Program-made: the position numbers and the translations under genes
Notes under the pieces: model-generated
What the model saw: the letters and a program-made list of their open reading frames with translations, nothing else
What the model was told of the DNA's origin: nothing
Databases searched by the model: none
Shown here: piece by piece, positions 54,646 to 61,019 of the stretch
Layout: the number at the start of each line of letters is the position of its first letter
Numbering within the stretch: position 1 is the stretch's first letter
Virus record (IMG/VR): IMGVR_UViG_3300046457_000143
Coordinates: 13,935 to 77,934 of that record
DNA length: 64,000 nt
Strand: one strand, 5' to 3'
From: a virus

Positions 54646-54675
54646 AAAGGAGACCAGGCTGTATGCCCAGTCTCC
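54646..54675 (-). terminator. Hairpin/terminator upstream of the par-rep unit
   Basis: GGAGACTGGGC-ATACA-GCCTGGTCTCC-TTT. Confidence 0.6.
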
Positions 54676-54849
54676 TTATGCACTGCGTGAGTTCTTTCTG
54701 ACTTCGTCTATCCAGTCTCGGGATGTAGCAGGGTTGAACAGGCGCATCAGGCGGCGATGAGCTGCCGCCATCTGCTCGGTGCGTACAGGGTCTTTCGGTG
54801 TGGGGATGGTGGGATGAGGATCAGGCTGCTTTGCTTTTTTCGCAGGCAT
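54676..54849 (-). CDS. Hypothetical protein (57 aa)
   Basis: Read by hand: MPAKKAKQPDPHPTIPTPKDPVRTEQMAAAHRRLMRLF... Confidence 0.5.
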   Translation of the reverse strand: MPAKKAKQPDPHPTIPTPKDPVRTEQMAAAHRRLMRLFNPATSRDWIDEVRKNSRSA

Positions 54850-55057
54850 TCCTTGTTACCTTGGTTCCTTCATTCCTTCGTGCCCGTTCGCAGAGGCTAT
54901 GTGCCACGTTGTCGATGACGGTTATGCTCTCGTCCGGCATCTGCGTGAGGACGAATTGCCGTGCCGTCTGGTGATCGACCGGGTTCCGGCTGTTCGCCTC
55001 GACCCAGATCAGGTAGGCATCCAGCAAGGCCCAGCTCACTTCGCTGCATTCGTTCAT
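54821..55057 (-). CDS. Hypothetical protein (78 aa)
   Basis: ATG after AAGGAAGGAAG; starts MNECSEVSWALL. Confidence 0.5.
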   Translation of the reverse strand: MNECSEVSWALLDAYLIWVEANSRNPVDHQTARQFVLTQMPDESITVIDNVAHSLCERARRNEGTKVTRNACEKSKAA

Positions 55058-55119
55058 TGGTTGCTTCCTTCCTTGATTCCTTGGTTGCTTGGAAACTTCG
55101 TTCAAAGGATCCCAGCGTC

Positions 55120-55929
55120 TCATTGCGTCACCTCGCCATCTGCGAACTCGATGACGGCCTTGTTCCACGGTCCACCCTGCGGATTTACGTGGTGTCCCTG
55201 GCTGTAGGTGCGGCCGCGCTTGTCGTACCGGTGGGTGAGGTAGAACTCGTTCCCTTCCTTGAGAAGTACAGCGATGACAATGTGAGCAGTCTCATCGTAT
55301 TTCTTGAAAGCTCGCTTGCGCTTGTCGAACTCCTCTCGGGTTTCTCCTTCCTTTGCTCGATCAAGGTTCCTCCACTGGTTCTTGATCATCTTCGAGGTAT
55401 TGAAGTTGAGCCGGTACTTCACCTTGTTCATGCGGTTCAGGTGATCCAGGCAGACATCGTCCTCGTGATGGTTGTCCTTCAGGATGACGCTGGAGTTGGT
55501 ATCCAGGTAGGCACCCTGTGCGTTGTGCTTCAGCTCCAGCGGCGGCACGATCATGGGCAGCGGATACTGGAACTGGTCAATCTCCGCCTGCACCTGCTCG
55601 CTGAGCTCGAACTTGACGATGAACTGGCGCCATTTCGGAGACCAGTCCACCAGATCGATCTCGGCACACTTGAGCAGCAGATCGGCCACTTCCTGGGCCT
55701 TGTCACAGTGGTGGCGCAGGCAGCCGACCAGCGTCGACACATCCGCCCGCTTGTGCAGGGCCATCTGCACCAGCACATCGAGGGCGAACGCCTCGGGCAC
55801 GCCGTGCTTCTTCGCGTGTTCCACGAAGACCGGATCCACGGAGAACTCATGGCGCATGCGGCTCATCAACTGGTTTTTGCTGAACAGACGCTCCAGCTCG
55901 AGCTGGTGTTCCTTCTTTGCTTGGTTCAT
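55120..55929 (-). CDS. RNA polymerase II subunit 1 (N4 gp15, RNAP1)
   Basis: FQYPLPMIVPP and FYLTHRYDKRGRTYSQGHHVNPQG (T7-like DxRGRxY). Confidence 0.95.
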   Translation of the reverse strand: MNQAKKEHQLELERLFSKNQLMSRMRHEFSVDPVFVEHAKKHGVPEAFALDVLVQMALHKRADVSTLVGCLRHHCDKAQEVADLLLKCAEIDLVDWSPKWRQFIVKFELSEQVQAEIDQFQYPLPMIVPPLELKHNAQGAYLDTNSSVILKDNHHEDDVCLDHLNRMNKVKYRLNFNTSKMIKNQWRNLDRAKEGETREEFDKRKRAFKKYDETAHIVIAVLLKEGNEFYLTHRYDKRGRTYSQGHHVNPQGGPWNKAVIEFADGEVTQ

Positions 55930-55956
55930 GGTTTCCTTGGTTCCTTGATTGCTTGG

Positions 55957-56112
55957 TTAATGGAGAGTGCGGGTCTCGTACTCCTGGTTCTCGACCAGCT
56001 CACGCGGCAGCTCGTGCTGGATGAAATGCACCATAGCTGCCTCAGTTTCAAACTGGACGATGATCCCTTCGCATTCGAGCTGATAGCGCGGCACCAGGTC
56101 ATCGTCAGACAT
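55957..56112 (-). CDS. Hypothetical protein (51 aa)
   Basis: Read by hand: MSDDDLVPRYQLECEG...; GAGG RBS. Confidence 0.5.
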   Translation of the reverse strand: MSDDDLVPRYQLECEGIIVQFETEAAMVHFIQHELPRELVENQEYETRTLH

Positions 56113-56296
56113 GACCGAGTTCCTCTTCGATGATGGTCTTCTTCACCAGACGCACTTCCGGGATCACACCTTTGGCTTTCTCCCGACGCTCTTTGGCCCA
56201 CTTGCGTGCAGCCTCAGCGCTGCTGAAGCTCATGATCCGGTGACCATTGGCTGATTCGAGGATGAAATCCTTTTTGATGGTGCCAAGTGTGTTCAT
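56105..56296 (-). CDS. Hypothetical protein
   Basis: 63-aa ATGA-coupled ORF. Confidence 0.6.
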   Translation of the reverse strand: MNTLGTIKKDFILESANGHRIMSFSSAEAARKWAKERREKAKGVIPEVRLVKKTIIEEELGHV

Positions 56297-56589
56297 GACA
56301 GTTCCTTGATGGCGGTATCGATGAGTTCCAGCACGACTGCGCCCCTGAAGTCGGTATCCCGGTTGGGTACGACGAGACGCACAGTCTTGCTGGCCTGGAT
56401 GGCTTCCATGATGTCGCGCACGGCATCGGCTACCGTCACATCAGTCTGGACGGCCGAAAAAAGCCAATCGGTGTAGCTCTCTTTGTCCCCATCCTGGAAT
56501 AGGGGAGAGCCGGGAAGGATCGCGAAGTAGGCCCGGTTGGGCCAACGGCCTTCGGTGGCCGAGATCACGAAAGGTTCATTGCCTGGCAT
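56293..56589 (-). CDS. Hypothetical protein
   Basis: 98-aa ORF in a packed operon. Confidence 0.6.
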   Translation of the reverse strand: MPGNEPFVISATEGRWPNRAYFAILPGSPLFQDGDKESYTDWLFSAVQTDVTVADAVRDIMEAIQASKTVRLVVPNRDTDFRGAVVLELIDTAIKELS

Positions 56590-56890
56590 GGTCTTTCACC
56601 CACTTGATGCGATCGACGTTGAGATGAGCTTCGCCACGATCCACCTCACGGTTGTATTCCTGGGCGAACGTGTGGAAGGGATGCAGGAAGCTGGTGGTGT
56701 GCTTCATGAACTGGGCGATCATTTCATCGTGCAGAGCGCGATATCCCAGCTGATCGTTTCTGTTTGCCCATTGACGCAGGGCGCCACAGAGTCCGTGGTG
56801 ACGGCTGAATCCCATTTCTTCGCTGGCACCTGCTTCCAGCCACCACAGGTAGGCTCGATAGAACTCGGTGAGAGATTCAGATTGCGGCAT
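56576..56890 (-). CDS. Hypothetical protein (tandem paralog)
   Basis: QSE.LT.FYRAY..W...GA, GLC..L..W, HLN..RIKWV..HA. Confidence 0.7.
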   Translation of the reverse strand: MPQSESLTEFYRAYLWWLEAGASEEMGFSRHHGLCGALRQWANRNDQLGYRALHDEMIAQFMKHTTSFLHPFHTFAQEYNREVDRGEAHLNVDRIKWVKDHARQ

Positions 56891-57260
56891 GTTCGCGCAC
56901 CCACTTGATACGGTGTTCGTTGAGATGGAGTTTTTGCTCCGCCTTGTCCCGCTCGTAAGCCAGTGGATGACCGTCGAACGGGTATGAGTCATTGCGCCGG
57001 GCTGCCAGGAACTGGTTGCGCATCTCGTTACTCAGATCAAAGATGATCTGGTTGCCCAGTCCGATGGCACGGCTCCAGAGTCGCAGGTTGCGACACAGGC
57101 CACTGTTACGCGTGAACACGGGTATGAACGGTGCACCGTCATCGACCCATGCGGCATACGCACGGTAGAACTGGGTGAGCCGCTCGCTCTGCTTCGGCAT
57201 CTCGAATGTGCCGAGGTACTGTTCCTGAAATTCTTTCTGGTTCACCACCAGGCTCTCCAT
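56877..57260 (-). CDS. Hypothetical protein (tandem paralog; start may be 57200)
   Basis: Same motifs as 56576-56890. Confidence 0.7.
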   Translation of the reverse strand: MESLVVNQKEFQEQYLGTFEMPKQSERLTQFYRAYAAWVDDGAPFIPVFTRNSGLCRNLRLWSRAIGLGNQIIFDLSNEMRNQFLAARRNDSYPFDGHPLAYERDKAEQKLHLNEHRIKWVREHAAI

Positions 57261-57424
57261 GCGTTGTCGTTAGTGTTTGCCTGGGTGCGGAGCACGTCCT
57301 CACGTTCCTGGCGGGAGAAGTGTTGCTGCTGATACTTGCGGCTCCCTACAACCCGGCGCTTGCTCAGCTCCAGCTTTTTCTTCTGGATCCGGCGTTGCTT
57401 GGGCGTTTGCTGATAGTTCTTCAT
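57242..57424 (-). CDS. Small basic hypothetical protein
   Basis: MKNYQQTPKQRRIQKKK...; AGGAG RBS; downstream of a hairpin promoter. Confidence 0.6.
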   Translation of the reverse strand: MKNYQQTPKQRRIQKKKLELSKRRVVGSRKYQQQHFSRQEREDVLRTQANTNDNAWRAWW

Positions 57425-57483
57425 CTCTGTCTCCTGGTTCAAAGCGCGAAGCGAAGGCGAGGGCAGGGCAAAGCCCACCCACG

Positions 57484-57501
57484 CATCAGGCGCGGAGCGC
57501 C
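57484..57501 (-). promoter_or_regulatory. vRNAP hairpin promoter
   Basis: Template (+) strand GGCGC-GGA-GCGCC with C 11 nt from the loop centre, N4 P2 geometry. Confidence 0.8.
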
Positions 57502-57508
57502 GAAGCCA

Positions 57509-57811
57509 TCAGGTTGGAACGCACATCTGGTAGACATCCGTCTCGCTTTCGGGGATGACCTTGTAGATGGTGTTCATCGTCTCGAACTCGTTTTGCTCGA
57601 GATCGATGCGTTGGAGAAATGACGTGCGGACCTCTTCGCCGGTTTTGAACACCCGGTGCTGATCCTCATGCACACGGGCTTCGGACTTGTCCACCACCAT
57701 CACGGCCCGCAGCACAAACTTACCTGCGTATTCCTGGTTGCCAATCCAGATGTCCTCTGCGCGGACCAGCTGCGCCTTGCACACGAAGGCAACCTTCTTT
57801 CCTTGGTTCAT
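57509..57811 (-). CDS. Hypothetical early protein
   Basis: AAGGA RBS; VRTSFL..I......FETMNTIYKV motif; frame extends to 57919. Confidence 0.6.
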   Translation of the reverse strand: MNQGKKVAFVCKAQLVRAEDIWIGNQEYAGKFVLRAVMVVDKSEARVHEDQHRVFKTGEEVRTSFLQRIDLEQNEFETMNTIYKVIPESETDVYQMCVPT

Positions 57812-57995
57812 AGAATCCTTCTTTCCTTGGTAGCGGGAACGCACAAAAACGCGAGATCGAGGTTTTCGCGGCAGCGAAAACCTCGGGCGAGCTGTGGGCA
57901 GATAGTCTTTAGAGGCCATCTATCCACTTTGTGGAAATAAGTTGACTTTGGTCTTTAGGTCAGCGGACCCGGAGTTGAACTCTGTGCCTATCCTT

Positions 57996-58014
57996 ATTAG
58001 ATATAAGTTTGGGG
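57996..58014 (+). promoter_or_regulatory. RNAP II promoter motif in antisense orientation
   Basis: ATTAGATATAAGTTTGGGG, one mismatch to the 29550 copy. Confidence 0.55.
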
Positions 58015-58108
58015 AAGCGGCATTGTATCGTTAACGGTTGCCGTGTCTATCCCTGGTCTGAGCCGCTGGCGGATACCAACCAGTTGCCTGGTCAGTACCC
58101 GCTCAGCT

Positions 58109-58522
58109 TTAAGCCAGTGCCAGCTTCTTGACGAAGCGGTTCTTGCCTTCGTCGACCGATACCGTGGCTTCCTCACGGACACGGCGGATCTGGATCTGGA
58201 GCGCTGCGTCCGCATTGAGAATGCGTTCTTCGCCCGGCTTCAGTTCCTTGGCGATCGCCATGAGTTGCTCCCACACGTCGTTGCGTGCAGCCTGCAATTC
58301 AGCGAATGCCTCGTTGCTGGAGTTGGTCTTCAGCGGCTTCATCGTGTCCAGCGGCAGGCCCATGGGCAGCGAGACGAAGATGTCCTCGCCTTCCGGACCT
58401 GCGCCCTTGGCGAGGTAGCCGATGTTGATCCAGAATTCAGCCTTCTCGTCAGCCTGGCCCTTGCCAGTGGACGCACGGACGTTGCTCTTCGAGCCAAAGC
58501 GCATTTCGAAATCGGTTGCCAT
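58109..58522 (-). CDS. N4 gp2-like ssDNA-binding RNAP II activator
   Basis: KAEFWINIGY, FVSLPMGLPLD, LKPGEE, LQIQIRRV; early position. Confidence 0.85.
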   Translation of the reverse strand: MATDFEMRFGSKSNVRASTGKGQADEKAEFWINIGYLAKGAGPEGEDIFVSLPMGLPLDTMKPLKTNSSNEAFAELQAARNDVWEQLMAIAKELKPGEERILNADAALQIQIRRVREEATVSVDEGKNRFVKKLALA

Positions 58523-58576
58523 GATGTAAATCCTTGAGAGAGTTGAGGAAACTGGGATGCCCTATGCACCCCAGCC

Positions 58577-58594
58577 CAACAGGCGCGGAGCGCC
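58577..58594 (-). promoter_or_regulatory. vRNAP hairpin promoter
   Basis: GGCGC-GGA-GCGCC with template C at +1. Confidence 0.8.
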
Positions 58595-58608
58595 CGGATG
58601 ATCTGCGA

Positions 58609-58776
58609 TTACGCGTTGATCAGCTTGCGTGCGAAGGCGTCACCACGGTTGATGGCCTTGGCACCGGCATCAGCGGCCTGAATGTCCGAGGCGTAGAAGC
58701 CAGCGGACTGCCACACCACACCACCTGCGATTGCTACGAGCAGCAGCAGCTGCACACCACGGTTTTTCTTGGGCAT
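58609..58776 (-). CDS. Small membrane-anchored early protein
   Basis: MPKKNRGVQLLLLVAIAGGVVW; AGGTG RBS. Confidence 0.55.
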   Translation of the reverse strand: MPKKNRGVQLLLLVAIAGGVVWQSAGFYASDIQAADAGAKAINRGDAFARKLINA

Positions 58777-58821
58777 GAAATCACCTGAGAGAGTGAGATT
58801 GAGGGTGACCGAATGGCCACC

Positions 58822-58840
58822 CGTCACACGCGGAGCGTGT
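58822..58840 (-). promoter_or_regulatory. vRNAP hairpin promoter
   Basis: ACACGC-GGA-GCGTGT with template C at +1. Confidence 0.8.
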
Positions 58841-58848
58841 TGCAGCGG

Positions 58849-59157
58849 TTAGTCGCCGCCAGGTTCAGGGATGTCGAGCAACCCCTGATCTGCGTACCAC
58901 TCAGCGATCTGCTGCATGGACCAGCCGTTCTGGATTGCCAGACGCTCGATGTCCGATTCCGGAATGTCGTTGTCCAGCAGCAGCGCACGGAAATGGTCGT
59001 GGCGCTGCGTCTCACGGGCTTCACGACGCTCACGGAGCAGACGGTTGAACTTCTGGGTTTCGGTCTCAGCGTGGTAATACGCGTTCACATGTGCGGTGTG
59101 ATCGAACTTGCAGAACAGTGCTACGCCCGACGGGACCAGCACTAACTTGACAGCCAT
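58849..59157 (-). CDS. Hypothetical early protein
   Basis: GGGAGG RBS; starts MAVKLVLV. Confidence 0.65.
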   Translation of the reverse strand: MAVKLVLVPSGVALFCKFDHTAHVNAYYHAETETQKFNRLLRERREARETQRHDHFRALLLDNDIPESDIERLAIQNGWSMQQIAEWYADQGLLDIPEPGGD

Positions 59158-59167
59158 GGCCGCCTCC

Positions 59168-59368
59168 CTAATTTGAATAGCGGTTGTGTGCTTCACCAAA
59201 GTTGATGAGCCACCCGGCAGTCAGCAGGCTGATGCCGATGAGCAGGAACGCTGCATCGGACCAGGCGCACAGCAAGTGCATCGCACCAATGAGTTGGGCT
59301 ATGCCACAGACAAAGGTGGCCAGGCCAGACAGCGTGAGCAGCACCACCAGGAATGTATCGAGACGCAT
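59168..59368 (-). CDS. Small two-TM membrane protein
   Basis: MRLDTFLVVLLTLSGLATFVCG...AAFLLIGISLLTAGWLI; GAGG RBS. Confidence 0.65.
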   Translation of the reverse strand: MRLDTFLVVLLTLSGLATFVCGIAQLIGAMHLLCAWSDAAFLLIGISLLTAGWLINFGEAHNRYSN

Positions 59369-59374
59369 GATTGA

Positions 59375-59393
59375 CCTCAAAGATATGTCTAAT
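59375..59393 (-). promoter_or_regulatory. Putative RNAP II promoter
   Basis: ATTAGACATATCTTTGAGG. Confidence 0.6.
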
Positions 59394-59411
59394 GAATGAC
59401 GTAAAAAAGCC

Positions 59412-59430
59412 CACCACATGCGGAGCATGT
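59412..59430 (-). promoter_or_regulatory. vRNAP hairpin promoter nested in a terminator-like stem
   Basis: ACATGC-GGA-GCATGT inside a GCCCA/TGGGC stem with a T6 tail on the - strand. Confidence 0.75.
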
Positions 59431-59581
59431 AATGGGCGTTGAGCAGGGCAGATAGCGATAGGCAGACACGCTGCCCATTGCTATCCCACCTGTGTTGCCT
59501 TTGACTTTGGTGTTGACGGCAGTAGAACTGAGTTGACGTAACCAAGGCCAACCACCGAAGTGGTTGACCTTTAGACTACGT

Positions 59582-59935
59582 TTAGGCTACAGCCTTGAGC
59601 TTCGACTGCGTCTGAGCGAAGGTGACATCACCTTCATCACCCAGTTCATCGAAGGCCAGTGCGAACAGATCCTCATGATCTTCCGACTGAGCCATGAACT
59701 TCTTGATCTCAAGACGACTTGAGGTGAGTTCACGTGCCTTTTCCTGACGGACAGTGGCACTGAATACCTTCTTGTCGTAGTTACTACGAACAACCTGATT
59801 CTCCGCAGCGTCAGTGACGCTACGATTGAGCATGCCAATGCTGGCATTGACAGCACCGAGTGTGTTGGTGACTGCGTCAGCCGACGACACAACTGCACCG
59901 AACACTGCACCCAACGTTACGCGAAGGTTAGCCAT
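59582..59935 (-). CDS. N4 gp1-like early protein
   Basis: MANLRVTLGAVFGAVVSSADAVT; first gene behind the outermost hairpin promoter. Confidence 0.75.
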   Translation of the reverse strand: MANLRVTLGAVFGAVVSSADAVTNTLGAVNASIGMLNRSVTDAAENQVVRSNYDKKVFSATVRQEKARELTSSRLEIKKFMAQSEDHEDLFALAFDELGDEGDVTFAQTQSKLKAVA

Positions 59936-59970
59936 GATCCACTCCATTAAAGTTAACGGACAACATTGTC

Positions 59971-59991
59971 CTTACACGTGCGGAGCACGTG
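59971..59991 (-). promoter_or_regulatory. vRNAP hairpin promoter (outermost)
   Basis: CACGTGC-GGA-GCACGTG. Confidence 0.8.
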
Positions 59992-60225
59992 CAGGTGTTG
60001 CAGTGTTGTGTGTTAACAAGGGTGGGTCATGGATTGACCACGCTAATTAGTACGGGGGGGGTAGTGTTAGTGTATGGGGGCTGGCGCCCCCAATACCCTG
60101 AAGTGAAACATCACTATGAGGTTCTGCCCAACCCTCTGCCTAAAAAATAGGCACCGCGGCTAATAGTGAAGTCCAAAAAATTTGGCGAGAATTTTTGTCT
60201 ATACGCGACATAACTTGGAGGTCAT

Positions 60226-60450
60226 ATGAGCGAGAAGATGTGGACCTATGCGGAGATCACCGCGAGTACCCAGCGGCAGCTCAATCGCTATGCCGATCAG
60301 GCAGCGAAGGAGACGGATGAGTACACGATCCGGTTGCTGAAGGGTATGGCGCTGGGCGTGCAGATGCACTGGGAAATGCTGACGTTCGGCTCCCAGGATG
60401 AAGGCGATATAGCCCAGATCGCAGTGCTGGTCAGCAGGATCAACGGCTGA
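60226..60450 (+). CDS. Hypothetical protein
   Basis: GGAGG RBS, 74 aa. Confidence 0.65.
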   Translation: MSEKMWTYAEITASTQRQLNRYADQAAKETDEYTIRLLKGMALGVQMHWEMLTFGSQDEGDIAQIAVLVSRING

Positions 60451-60571
60451 GGCGTTGCAGCTCGCTGATCCGGGATCAGCTCGCGTGCGTGTGGAGGGAG
60501 GAAGGCTGAGCCAGGGACGCAACTAACCGTCTTTCCCCCTGGTTCCGGCCGCAGGCTGACGCCCAGAAAAG

Positions 60572-60605
60572 ACAAAGGAGAGCAGTGTGAGTGCTCTCCT
60601 TTGTT
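60572..60605 (+). terminator. Strong hairpin/terminator
   Basis: ACAAAGGAGAGCA-GTGTGAG-TGCTCTCCTTTGT (13 bp). Confidence 0.7.
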
Positions 60606-60927
60606 CCCTGACTGTTGACCGATTCAGGCTTCGTGTCGTCTCACCGGCTAGGCTTCAGCACATGATGCACACTGAAGAGGAGTTCGCTGGCGACGATTGC
60701 GGTGGTTATTGCTCCCCACTCCCGCTAGGGTATCAGTCAAAACGAAGGCTAAGCAGCGGTCCCCGCGTGCGCCGGGGGGAAGTGGAACCCCCGGCACAGA
60801 AGAACGTTAACATCAGATGGTAATTAGTACAACGACATTCTTCACCATGGTGGCAAGCCCACCACCCCTTCTGCGGGAGCAGACATAGGGATCCCCCTCC
60901 CATTCCATAAGGAATAGAGTCGGAAAA

Positions 60928-60946
60928 GTTAGACATATCTTTGGTT
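60928..60946 (+). promoter_or_regulatory. Putative RNAP II promoter
   Basis: GTTAGACATATCTTTGGTT, core identical to the 59375 copy. Confidence 0.55.
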
Positions 60947-61019
60947 AGACTTTAGACTGCGTTTAGTCCATGAACGGACGATACCGTAAACGAACCAAGG
61001 AAACAAGGAACCAAGGAAA

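Noticed and set aside
50612-55929. Split RNA polymerase as pseudogenisation
   Set aside because: A two-subunit RNAP II is normal for N4-like phages and both halves have intact motifs
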